DNA from: Lingula anatina
Lineage: Eukaryota; Animalia; Brachiopoda
Direction: 5' to 3'
Length of the DNA stretch: 64,000 nucleotides
Assembly (NCBI GenBank): GCA_051362555.1
Contig: CM120640.1
Coordinates: 20,398,001 to 20,462,000, forward strand
A program made the translations under genes and the position numbers. This document shows positions 51,101 through 64,000 of the stretch, piece by piece (position 1 is the first letter of the stretch; each line of letters begins with the position of its first letter). The notes under the pieces were generated by a model. The model worked only from the letters and a program-made list of their open reading frames with translations, had not been told where the DNA came from and did no database searches.

Positions 51101-52373
51101 ATAAAATTTGGGATAACCTTAAGTTTTTAATGCATTTTTTGTATTTTCTGAAAAAATTTAAAGCCTAGAATGGTTAAAAAATGGTCGTTAACAATTATGC
51201 TTAAATTGCAGAGTAAGAGAGAGAGTTCCTTTATTTTTTTATTCTAAATAATTCTAGTGACTACTCTAGTTACATGCTTTTCAAACGAGGAAATTACTTC
51301 ATGTTTTGTTCTACAAATGCCCTACTTACTGAAATAAAAATTAAAATAAAGAATGCTTCCTTAATTTATATTCATAAATTTTCATATAAGTATACAGCGG
51401 TATTGCTGCAAGAAAATTGCTGAACACTCCACGGAATTTTTCATTTACTTTTGACAATTTCTATCCTTTGAGAGTTTCTTTAATAATTTTAAGACAGGTC
51501 TGAAAATTATTTTTTCACATCAGGAATTTGTCATTTATATACTTTCATTCGTATAAATTTCATTGCTAGGAAGGTGTTAAGAAATTCGACGACTGATTCA
51601 GCTCCCTTTTCCAGCGTGTAAACTTATCGCCAATGGTGCCTCAGTCAGAAAATTATCTCTGTAGTGTGGTTAAGATGATAAATAGTCGACGCGTTGACAG
51701 AGCATGAGACCCTGTCCTTCGACCTACCTGATGGACGAACACGTCCGCACCGCCATCATCTGGTGTGATAAAACCATAACCTTTCACAACGTTGTACCAT
51801 TTCACTTTCCCCCTGCGTCGACCTGGTCCCCCTAAAATAAAATAAAATCATATTTATCCATCAAACTTTTAAAAAAAATTCGGCTGAGTAGACTAAGGAA
51901 TAAATTGCATTTTAATTTCTGGGATTTATAATTTTTCATTTCATTAGAAAAACGTTTTAAGGTGATCTTTATCTTTTTTATGACCTGAACATGTAAATGT
52001 TATTAGATATTCTCATTTCCTCTAACTTTAAAACAAGTCCCCTAAAACGTTTGTTTATTTTCAGGTAATGTATCAGATAATTTGTAATTCACTAACTTAT
52101 TTTCTGTGACTCTACATACACTTAACCTGAGATAAATTTCAGGATTTTTCTCTGTTCGCTCGAAGTGTTAAACACCTATTAGCCAATTAACTCCATCTTT
52201 TCTCTTCCTTTGCCTACAAAAACATAACTCGTATTTCAAACTTGACCTTCTCTCCACCGGTATACCCTAACGGCAAGCGTATTGCACACAATATTGTCTC
52301 ATATTGCAACAATTTTCCTGGTGTATTTATTTTTCACTCGACTTGACCCCATCTCACCCTGGCTCCCTCTCAT
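45352..52373 (-). CDS. LIN28: Protein lin-28 homolog (cold-shock domain + 2 CCHC zinc knuckles), ~151 aa
   Basis: Exons 51831-51728 ([28 protein letters not shown]), 46324-46152 ([23 protein letters not shown]), 45514-45352 ([36 protein letters not shown]), with consistent phases. Most likely first coding exon is 52373-52358 (gccATG, MRGSQG|gtgag, phase 1), which is less certain than the other three. Confidence 0.95.
48043..48119. repeat. (TA)n microsatellite in a lin-28 intron
   Basis: Pure TA run. Confidence 0.95.
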
Positions 52374-55300
52374 GGCCCGATCGGCTAACTGACCTCGCGT
52401 CAAGTAATGCCGCCGTTGTGTGGCAGAAAGACTTCTAAATGGAAGACGTTGAAGTAACGGACGGAGGCCATTGAAACCAAGATATTCTCACGGCGATTAA
52501 AACTAGAATCATTACATAATCGTACCGGGGTAGCAAAAATCTAATTTTAACCGACACGAACAGAGAGATTTCACACAGAATTTTGAATAAAAAATGTCGG
52601 ACTGTTGACCTGGAGCGTCGGTGCTCTGACCTGACGTAACCTTACAGTTTTGTTTTTCTGGATGTTGCTAAAGTTCAAGGGAAATTCTTTCGGGACAAAT
52701 GACAAGGAAACACAAAATCTTACAAGTATTTTAAGTTACATGTTAAATATTGAATCTTTACAAAATCACTGACAGCATTTTGGGAGGCACTCATTCAAAT
52801 AAAAATATAAATCTGCAGGTGCTAAGTAAAATACTATAGGTAATTTGATGGCAGCACAGTGATCTTCTTGTTGTGTTGTGTTTTGTTTAGTACTTACAAA
52901 TGTAATTAATAATAATTGAATGCAATATAATTTTCTTCGTTGTCACTGAGGTAAATGCAATTTCTTTTTTCATCTAAAAATTTGCTACAGTTTACACGTA
53001 TTCCCCCTGCTTATTTTCATCTCAAAAATATTATAAATATAATTAATTACACAGTTGTGACAATCAAGATCAATAAATAAACGATGAATATCTTCGCCGT
53101 TTTAATATAATATCGCTATATAACCACTTTCAATTTTTTCGACCTTTTCTTCTGATACATAGAGTGCTTTTACTTCACAAAACATGGCCATATCATCATG
53201 AATATAAACTGGATAAAAGCTAAAATATCTTTTAAGTACACTCGTCTTTGTTTACTATAACCAGGGCGGGCCTTCCTCAAACTGTTGACCTCCTAGTGTA
53301 CGCAAAGAGAAAGAACTAATAACCATTCTATTTCATTCTAGAAAGGTCTTATCTGATCGCGAGGAACTTCTAATTTACCAACAACACGGCTCGGCTTGAC
53401 AAACATGCACCGGTTCACCCCTGTGAATCTTTACGCTCTCATCCTCCTCCTCGAGGTTGCACAACATAGAGAGATCTGCATAATGTTGCCATGGTTTCTC
53501 GTGTACCTCATAAGAGCACATTCAGATGCAGCCAGGAGCTAATGAATTATTTTTGGCTAAGAAGCAGAGAACTGTCGTCGTTACATAATTTTATTGATTT
53601 TTATGGAAGACTGTATAGAACGGGTGAGCACTACTACGTCTAGTCATATTCATACATATTCGCAATATCGCACTCCCTCTGTCTCAGAAATTGCGAGGCA
53701 GAAAACACCACTAAAATCACCAGTTCTCTGGAATGTTTCTCTTTATTTTTGTTCTATTGTTTGGCTAATTTGAAACAGTCACGTTCTGTAGATCTTGTGT
53801 ATCTTTCCTCAATGGGCATCAGTTTCAGTTACATGCGAAACATCCCACCTTATTCCCACTGAAATATATTCAGAGTCAAAAATATGACCCGACCAAAACC
53901 TTAAGTATTTCATAAAGAATTTAACTGGATTATTTTCTGGCTTCATAAATCTTTTCTAGAGCCATAGGTAGCAGATATATTGTGTAGAAAACTACTCTCC
54001 TCAGTTTTGTGAGGTTTAGAAAGTCAGTATTATGGGGGACCCGACCTTTAAAAATGAATTATAAAAAATTCTTCACTGAGTACATCAAAATTATAGTGAA
54101 ATAATCTTCAGATATACTGTGATCACTGAAGGAAATGACAATTAACCCGACATGCAAAAAGGGGCACACATTAACGCAAAAATTTATATATTTTTTTAAC
54201 CAGTGAAGGAAAAGCAGTTTCATGAAAACTGCCAAGTATAAAATTATATTTCTGAAAACAGTTGGCTTTAGAATAAATAAATATGAAAATAACTATTATT
54301 AACTAAAATGTAACCGTAGTATCTAACACAATAACGATAGCTCATTAAAACAATTTTATTTGATGCCTTCAAAGTAAATCCTGCTCACCATGAACGCTAT
54401 GAAACCTTCAACCGAAAATCAATTTTGAAAAACTTGGCTGTCTTTCCTCAAAATAAATTGACCAGGGGTGTTTAATATATATCTAACTAGGTCATGAAGT
54501 TGACCTATATTCTTGACCATACCGTACACTGCCCTAAGCTGCTAGTATTAATACATAAAATTTGTAAACACACCATTATGTTGCTCATTCCTATCTTACT
54601 GCCATGCGCGACCTCAGAGCTAAAGTGAAACAGCACTCATTGATTTTTTTTCTCTGCTTAGATGTTTATTACATATATTGTTGATAATTTTTCTCCACCT
54701 TAAACTGACCACATTTATAAGTCATGAATAACGGTTAACACTTCACTTAAAATTATTCAGATATACAAAGGCATGTAAAATATAAACAATGCTTTTGAGA
54801 TAGCAGTTGGGGCATAGCTCACACACGTTCTTCAATGGTTTGATAATTATATGTCAGCTGCAAGATTCTTCTCCTCTTTCTCTTTGTGTCGGACACAGAT
54901 GGGCCACTTCGTGGCTTCAGTAACTGACCAGGCCCTAATTTGAAGCCAGCTGCTGTGAAGATTTTACGACCAGGCAGGAAAAGCCATGAGCCCACAGGAG
55001 GGTAGGTTTTTACAGGCAGCGATAGCCTCTAAAAAGCAACACCGTGAATGTATTAGAGTTGAAATATACTCCTCCCATTAACATTTTAATAGGACTGAAA
55101 ATATTCCTCGTGAATTTTAAATTAAAATATAACCAAATGTTGGGGATATAAAAAGTCAGAAAATTCTAAATTTTGACCCTAATAAAACTTTTAATATTTT
55201 TTAATATGCTTTAATTTTTAAGAAAGGACCAGCGCTTGACCACTATTTTTGCTGTTATCTTCTATTCATAATTTATGGTGTTTTGACCTTTTACCCTCCT

Positions 55301-58300
55301 CCTTTAAAAATGTCCATACTTTTGATGAAATGAGGTCGCATAACTATGCTCGGTTTAAATTTAGGGAAGTCCTGCGGGGAAAGCCGCATACCCGTTCAAA
55401 AGAAAATCAAAACAGACATTTTATTAGGATTTTTATCTTGGCGGTTTTAAGGTCTATAAAAAGTATTACTGTTGCTTCTTTTTTGACGTCGACATTGCAG
55501 CACCCAGACTAAAACCAGGACCCCGTGATTAATATTTCTGTAATCTGATGATACCGTCATTTATTATTTGTTCTCTTTTGTCACAGGAAACTGGTGAAAT
55601 GTTTATTTCTTTGGGTCAGGAGAAGCTAATTTCTCCGAGTCCCTCTTCACCTAGCACGCTCAATTTGAACTGGACTAGGTATTAACCTCAAAGATAGACA
55701 GAAAAACACAGAATACAAGTATAAAGAGGTACCTAACCCGGTATAATACACATATAATTTTGGGCACCAAACACTACTGATTTTATGCGGAGTAGAAAAA
55801 GGTCCAGCGACTCTGTTAATTTCCCGCCTTCCCCCCTGGTCAATCCTCTCGAAAAAGAGTTCACTTTTTCCCATGCTTTATGTTCACGGTTCCCTAAGAA
55901 CTATGACATTCTTTGAGCTGCACTCAAAAACAATGAAATAAGAGCTCAAGTGCAGATGACCCAAGTGAGTAAAGCCTTCAAAATATTTTCATTCAACCTT
56001 GGCGTGTAATCTTGACGAAAGCAATGCTTCTTTTCCGATGACATGGCTTTTCTTATCTGGTACATCAGGCTTTCTCGCCTCCAGCTGCGGCAGGTCCACG
56101 CCAGGAAGACAACAGCCAGTGTTCAAACTAAGATTTCATAAAATTTTACAAGAACCCTATGAACATGTCAAAGTTACTGACCTAGAAAAACATGGAAATC
56201 AACATAATGGGGTCTCTCACCGATGGCTCTTGGCTACCGTTGTCAGATGTTATTTTTGATTTTCTAAAATAACATTGCTTATTGTTTTTAATATCGAAAA
56301 GATAAAATCTAGTTATATAAAAAGCAAGTAAAAAGGTCAAATATCTTTTTTTATTTATGTACCAAACAGCATACTGATTTAATCAAATTTAGAGTTTAGT
56401 TGCCTTCCCTTATCAATCATTTATTCCTAAATCAAAATATTTTCTTTAACTCTTTCTGTGCTGTACTATTCCTAAACAGTCAGATAGTCATCGGAAAGAC
56501 CATATAAAATCAAAGAAAAATAAAATATTGCACATTATGTGCGAGTCAGATTCTAACTGCAAAAATCGTAAGTAAGCCAATTTACCATAGAATATTAAAT
56601 ATTAAGGAATGTATAAACAATATATAAATTTTCAAACATCCCTAAATTTTTTCTTACAAGAGCAAATTTCTTATTCTTATGAAATATCACAACTTCAACT
56701 GCCATAAAAATTAATTTATAAACTTAAATATTAACTCCAGCAACATTTCAATAACTTTTGTAAAAACGAAATAGTGCAGATATAACAATTCAACTAAAAT
56801 TAATTCTAGCATCTTAAAAACATCAACAGTTTCGCTGAGAATTCAAGAGAGTACTAGTGCTTAGTTTTGGTTTTATAACGTCGAAGAAGCTACAGTATCA
56901 AGCCTATATTCATCACCGAAAACCAAGTCAATGACCAGGGATAAATAGGTCGACGAACATACCTTAACCCATATTGAAAGGAACGCAGCAATTGAATAAT
57001 ATATTTGACAGGGTCGCCGCACCCCCTATTAAGTGGTATTTATAATACACAAAGCTGTTTGGAAGGAGTCCAGAGCGTTATGCAACTCTCTAAGTATACC
57101 TCTCTTGCTCGGTTAGGTTGATTGTCCAAAAGTGAACAAGACAATAAGTTAACTTTTCTAATTAATGTCCGTAAAAATCCACATTCTGGGCCTAACAAGA
57201 ACCAATCCCTTCCAAGTTAGGTAAACTATTTAACCTACTTGCGTTGGATCTATAACTATATTTTGCTACAATTTTTCAAACACGCCATGCTAAATAGAAA
57301 GTATGGTGAACCTGCTACAGCCATATTTTTCCCTGTTCGTGGGGCCCGCCTCGCGCTACCGCTACTCCTCGGAACCCAGTACTCCTCGCTGTTTGGGACT
57401 TCTGGCGCGTCATTGGACGTCGAGCCAACACCGTATCCCAAAGCGTCGAGCTTAGACCAGCTTTAGCGTGAATAAAGTCAGATTGTGAATGGGACCAGCG
57501 TTACGGCGCCTTCTCAAACTACTGTAGCCTAGCACACGCTGGATCGTAGTGCGCCATGACACAATTCTCTTATACTGTATGCGGAGCATGCGCGCTTCCT
57601 CGGCGTCCACTTTGAAAACCGATTTCGAATATTGGCCTAAGATGAACGTTTTTCTTATGTTTACCTATTTTAGTGACAAGGTCAACAGATATTTTACATA
57701 GAAAATGATCGCAGGTTAAGATGGCCCTATTCAATGGAGCTTTGCGGTAGCCATTCACGTGAAGCACTTATAGGGAAATGGCATGAAATTATGACCTAGG
57801 TTATTATTCATTCAGCGTTGCTATTACTAGGTCATCGTTACTAGATACAGGATATAATTAAATACATTATGATTAAGCAGAAGGGGTTGAAGGTATCTAC
57901 GTGGATATATATCTGAAATGACAGATATCCCTTGTTTATCATCTGTCGATCAAGCCCCAAAGTATGTGGCATTCAAGGGCTTCTCCTTCATACTAGTTTG
58001 CTGTTCATTTTATGACCTTTGCTCTTTGACATATTTAAAGCTTAAAATTCGCCTGAATCCAGGATTTGTCTTCGCCAATGTTTTCTTTCATTAGCAGATG
58101 CTCAGCTGTGCAAAGTCTAATGCAAACAATATTCTTCGCAAAAACGATTCAAGATTATGATTATAATAATAATAAGGAAATAAGATCAACCTAACAGAAA
58201 TTAAAACACGAGTTGCCAAACGGAGATGGACTATTTAAACAATAGGTGTGATTGCCAATTCCCGATGGTTTCGTTTATTTTTTAATCCATTTTTTTTTTC

Positions 58301-59165
58301 ATTTTCCAAATGACAATTTCTTACTGGAAACTGTTTAATTTTGAAAAATTATTTTGGTGACCACATGACGTACCCATACAATATGGGCCAAGGTACCCTA
58401 CACAGATTTCTTTCTCTCTCTCTCTGGGGACAAATACACATATAAATTGACGCAAGGAGCACTGTTCTAAAAAATTGCGCGTTAAAAAAGACTACAGGTC
58501 ATTACCCTAGAATAAGAGAGGTACTACAAGTTGAACATTTTCCACATACTTTCTTCAAACCCATACAGAAAGGCCTATTTCTGTCAATGGTACTTAAAAG
58601 TCTCACATCAATATTCATCTAATGAACACCGAAAATGTAGTACTACTAGGACGCTGCTGCCAAATAAGACTGCACCTTTGGCTTGCTAGCACAAGAGATC
58701 CTCAGACCTTGTGTCTTTGACCTCTCCCTGTGAACCTGTATCGGGCTCATGCCAATGCATCACGCCTGGGAAGCATGCGGTAGATGTGTAGAACCAAGAG
58801 CTACAATGCATGCCTGAGATGTTCCCATGTACATAAATGCGTAGCGTTAAAACCACAAGAAGGTTATGAACAGTACGTAGTGACCTCCAGTAGATGATAC
58901 CAGTTCATAAATTGCCCCCTAACAAAAACTGAACTGGCACAACGCACGTTGTTGTTTGGCCTTGTTGTTTGCATCTGTGATTGACTCAACGAAATAAATT
59001 GGCTGTGTGGGCCCTAATCTTAGCCAGCGCTCAACTTCTCTTGACACACATATGCACCGGAGATATTAATACAAAAAGTTATGGAACCTATCTTTTTACT
59101 GAAATAATAAAAAGGTTTCGAACCTGAGGCCATGGTCGTTTAAGTCACTTCGGCGGGGGAGCCAC

Positions 59166-59330
59166 CTTCAGAGCTGTGCTGCTTCCTTCTACACCTCCGC
59201 TTCTCCCTCCGTCCTTCAATCATACGACGTCCTACGTTAAGTACGAGTCACGTGACCTGGAATGACATTTTTTAATACAGCTAATTAAGCAATCGTCTCA
59301 TTGGCTCATTTGAAGCTGAACCAATCGCTA
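59166..59330 (-). promoter_or_regulatory. Candidate distal lin-28 promoter and alternative first exon
   Basis: Palindromic E-box GTCACGTGAC (59247-59256), CCAAT boxes (59300-59304 and 59321-59325), CpG-rich sequence, ATG at 59223 and a phase-1 donor at 59166/59165. Confidence 0.4.
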
Positions 59331-62300
59331 ATCGCGCAGCACAGCAGAACTGTCACAACGTTCTTAAGTAGGCGACCACGTGCTTTCTTCCCTTCCTTTT
59401 GGTGCCAGCCTCTCATTGAACCCTTTGCGTTAACTGTTGACACCAACGGACTTGTGTAAACACAACGCGTTGTCGAAATTCATTCACTGATTTAACCAAA
59501 CTCGAATAGCGAGGTTAGCGCACTATTTTGAGCACGTAGCTTTGCCGCTTGCGGGCGCTCTAAAGCGCTGATGAATGAACTGATAGGCATTAACTAATCT
59601 AGGTCAAAGGGCAGGCAAGATACCACGCCAAAGGGAGAAAAAGCTACGATTTGACGTACGCGCAAATTTTCACTCCAACAACCACTATTTAAAGGTTACG
59701 ACCGGATAGTGTAACACAAGAAAAAGCATTTTAAGAACATTTAGAAAACTTTATATCTTTCAAGTGCAAATATAAGCGCATTATTTCAATAAGATAAATG
59801 AGTCAATGGGGTTAGTGATTCAACTGTTAAACGAGGTCCCAAAGCGCACCGAATAAATTTAACACAATAACTTTTCTTACTTGCCATAACTTTTGGACAT
59901 TTTAAAGATAACGCCAAAGAAATCGAAGATTTCCAGAAAATTTTATTTATTAAGTGCCATTCTTTGCATACGCTTTCCTTTAGTATCCTCGGGCTAATTA
60001 TCAAATTAAAGCCGGCAATGTTGGTTAAATCAATGCAAATAAAATATATTAATTTATCTTATGACATCGGTCATATAATTGGGCCCATTTCCTGTTTGGT
60101 CAGTAGTGATTTAACGGCCAACGATAATCACTGACCGTGGCGCTTTTGTATTGAACACAACAGCGCTACGGCCCTATTGAAAAATAGAAACTTGGTGTTG
60201 TTCACTTAAAAAATATTATGAAACTGGAAAACTTACTTTAGAAACGCTGAACTGACTCTGGTCACCTGGTAAAACAGCAACGACACCGAACCGGGCAAAC
60301 AACACAAGTGGAGAATGAAAGATTACAGAATGACCGGAAGTTCAGAATTGGCGGGAATAAATGCTGACCTTGGCGATGGCCAGATACTCTTTCTCTTCAC
60401 ACAATGACTTTAATTTATGGATTTTGGACCAAGGAGGTGGGGAAAGCAGTGGGTGGTGGAAGGGAAGAATTTGAATGCCTTTCAAGGTTTAAATTTCAGT
60501 GAGAAAAAAGGGGCTTTAAACCTGCGGTTCACCCGGTGCAAGAGCTGAATTGATCATCAGGGTTATTTTTAAATTGAACGATTTCTTTAAAACGACAGCT
60601 GAAATTGCATGATTAATCCTTTCATTATTACCCCCTAAATTAACAGGTTCAAAGGCACCAAGTAATACATTATGACATTCAAATGGTTAACGTGTATGTA
60701 AACTAACAAAATATACATAATATAGGCGATATTTCATTTTTATGTATGTAATATTTCATGTTTTGTATTTTGTATACGTTAATTTTATTAATCAACTCTG
60801 ATCCGAAATAAATTTAAGAGCAATTATTCAAAACAGCCATTCTTCTCATCACTTTTCATATACATATTGCTTGTGCATATATGTTTCACTCTTCTTTTTG
60901 AAATCAATTTAAAGAAACCAGTGTATATAGACAGCTTATAATTTACCGATATAACACATTAAATATTTAGGAAATGTGAAAAGTGCATTTATTTGAAAAG
61001 ACGCACAATTTGCTGCGTTTTAAAATTATTTTAAACCATATACGGAATTCCTCGGTTCGAAAGCAGTTTTTTAATTTATTTCCTCCCCACAAGCAGAAGT
61101 TAAAATATATTGAAAAACCGGGAACACTAAACTTTGTAGCATACAAAAACGAAAGAAAAACAATGCCATTCTTAAATGAACCCTTCCCCAAAAAGTGCAT
61201 CAGTTTTACAATTACCTGCTTACAGCCGATTATGTTTTAAATCTATTCTTCTGTTATTTTATGTTCTAATTCCACTTTTCAAACCTAAATTGTGATAAAA
61301 AGATATCCACATATTAATCACATAAAAATAAAACAGAAAACCCTTTGTTCCCCTAACCCCACTCCATCTCGAGCCTACTGAGCGTTATATCAACAAACAT
61401 AAATATTGTCCGATTCAGTCTAGTTTTCTAGTTTACAAAATGTTTGTAACAAATAAATCATCATCTCTTTTAGATTATTGATAAACAGAGAGCAGATAAT
61501 TTTTCGAGCTATTCGGAAAATACTGGAAATTCTATATATTTTTCATTGATCAATCACATGGTGAGTTGTATATTAATAATAATGAAAAATACTGGTTAAT
61601 TGTACTGGTCAATTTCTATTTGACCTATGTGTTTGCAGGTCCTCTTAATCATATCACCCTGTACAAGGCGGGAAATAACGAGAAAACTTGGCTTATCTAC
61701 TATTGGCTGACCTCACCTTATTATATTTATTAGAATAATATATTAATCAAAATACAAAAAGTAAATTAATGTAAAATTTATTATGTGAAGATATTATTAA
61801 TTACTTCAGTGTTATTTTATTACATTTAATAAGAATACTTCATTAGTGTTTTTTTTCCAAAAAAAAAAAAATGAAGTCAGGGATAAATCACGATAAAAAA
61901 CAAGATATATGTGAATCCCCTGAAGTCCCAGTTCCAGTTGGGATGTGACCAGATCACAATTACGTTTCCTAAATCCAGAAATCCCCTGAAATAGGAAGTG
62001 CAAGAATTTGATTGGGTCAGATAATATAAAAAATTTGAATTACACCCTTCATAATCATATTAACAAAACAATCAGTCCTATGAGAACCCCTTTTCTCGCT
62101 TACCTCTTGCCTTTTCTCTTTGAATATGTTATATGTATCGTGGTGTGACAAGAGATTAAAAAGCTATTTACATGCAATAGCCTTTTTCCAATTTAAACAA
62201 CATATTTACGTTTTCCAGTCTTTCTGCTGCTCTAGTCGTAAAAGTCAACTGGGCTTGCCGCTATCAAATGTCACATAACAAGCACAACTAAAACATCACA

Positions 62301-64000
62301 TGACTCAAGGTATCAATTATTTTGGACGGACGCCAACGTGTCAACCTGTTGTAGTAAACTAAGCATTTTTGAGCGGGGTCTTTTCGGAAACTCCCACGCC
62401 ATATTTAGGAAGGGTGTTAAGTTAACTATAACGTCTTTCGGTAACCGAGAACTTGTGTTCGCTACCACGAGACTCGCATGGCTGTTACAAACAAGAGTTA
62501 TTTACTCCACGAATCTCTCAACTAATGCCCAACCCTAACAAACAGTATTTAATTCTACGTGTTTCGGTAATTTCCCTACGTCTAGAAGCCGCCTTCCCAG
62601 TTTGGTTAATGAGCATGTTTCTATTTTTGACGCATTTTGAAGTTTCCTGCTCGGCAGTGTGGATTTCATAATTTTTCTTATGTTCAAAATCTTATGAGAG
62701 CAAGGTCTGCTTTCATTCTGAACAACGTTCTCTCTTGTTCTCAGCTTTGCTTGGCTTTTATTTGAACTGCTTGATACATAAGTTCATTGTATCGGAATTA
62801 TGAGGGAAAAAACAATCGAATGATCAAATTGCACCCCCCCTCCCCAAAAAAAAAAAAAAAAAAAATGGAGGGGGAATACTGGAAAAAGAATGCAATATTT
62901 CTAGGAGTTCTATTATTTTCTTTGCTATCTGCAGTAGAATTCGTGTAAATAGAATGAGGGGTACTGTGCGTGTGTGTATGTGTGTGTGTGTGTGGTCTAT
63001 ATACGATTCACACCATCAGTATTATGTAAGAGGCAAAATTGGTAAGACACTTTGTCGTTTTTGCTTGTTTGCATATGGAGGATGCTGACAACTTGCTGAT
63101 CTTTATTCATTATAGAAAATTATAGAAAAAACTTGTGTATCCAAAATAACAGTTATGGTTACGATCAAACTATGCCATTGCCACGGTATTACCAAAGAAC
63201 ACATAAAAATCTTTGCAGCTATGCATTATCATAATTTAGTTTTGTTAGTTTGCAGAGTTGCTTTCATATTGACATCAATGCATAGAAATTGATAGTCTTA
63301 CAGCTTATAAGATAATTAATTTTCGTCGTTGACATGGCAATTGGGGTGAAAAATATTTAAAAGAGCATTTATGTATTTCTTGCAATGTTTTTAACTAAAA
63401 GAATACTAAGGGAGTGCATGAACACAGGAGAGTAAAAGAGGATTTAAAAATAATGTTATATAATTCAACGGTCCACCTAAAAACACGATTAAAATCTTAT
63501 TGACCTACAAAACAACCGGTAAGGGTATGTATTCGACACGATTTGAATATAAAATATGACAATAACACGCATAAATGTGAAATAAAAGAAAAATTTGGCA
63601 TAATATAAAAACAAATATCCAGCTTATACATCTATGTACCGGTACCAATCATAAAGTTTTTTTTATCGCGTCAGGTAAACCAAAATTCCATAAGGGAAAT
63701 TTAATTTATGCTGTAAAAACTTGATTTAAAATCGGTTAAAACAGTTCATAAATACAATCAAAGTACAGATGAACAAATATAAAAAATCATAATCAATGGA
63801 ATGAGCATCGAAAAGAAGTCTTTCATGCTAACGGAAAAACCATCACGAAACCCCCCCAATGTCACTTCCCATTTTTTTAGAAATCTCAACTAGAGATAAA
63901 TGACTTAATTGTGTAGTTATTAAGTGGTATTTTTAGCATTGCATTAAGTTTTATGAGACGCAATATGTCAAAGTCAAAACAAACTTGCATATGCATGATA

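Noticed and set aside
51728-51831. Exon very similar to bacterial CspA ([13 protein letters not shown])
   Set aside because: It has spliceosomal boundaries and joins in phase to GFRSL and CCHC exons; invertebrate Lin-28 normally has this short loop.

Overview
AT-rich, intron-rich animal genomic DNA. It is probably a protostome, possibly a lophotrochozoan; this is inferred from the protein sequences and the organism is not identified. I assembled four protein-coding loci by hand from GT-AG splice sites and reading-frame phase. (1) The 5' part of a MAP3K5/MAP3K15 (ASK1-family) kinase gene on the minus strand: 15 coding exons, running off the left edge before the kinase domain. (2) A complete 15-exon homogentisate 1,2-dioxygenase (HGD) gene on the plus strand, head-to-head with the kinase gene across a short CpG-rich promoter. 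(3) An uncharacterised ~233-aa single-coding-exon gene on the minus strand. (4) lin-28 (cold-shock domain plus two CCHC knuckles) on the minus strand. HGD intron 2 holds an internally deleted DIRS tyrosine-recombinase retrotransposon whose inverted terminal repeats, internal complementary region and crossover trinucleotide can all be read directly. Other repeats are an RTE-LINE 3' fragment, several MITEs, tandem duplications and microsatellites. The most interesting signals are regulatory and surround lin-28: let-7, miR-125 and miR-100 seed sites in its 3' UTR, candidate alternative first exons, and a cluster of ROR/HR3-type nuclear-receptor elements upstream. There is also an apparent switch from CpG-depleted to CpG-rich sequence near 33.7 kb. 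I cannot show a wholly new biological system from the sequence alone; the novelty claims are hypotheses.
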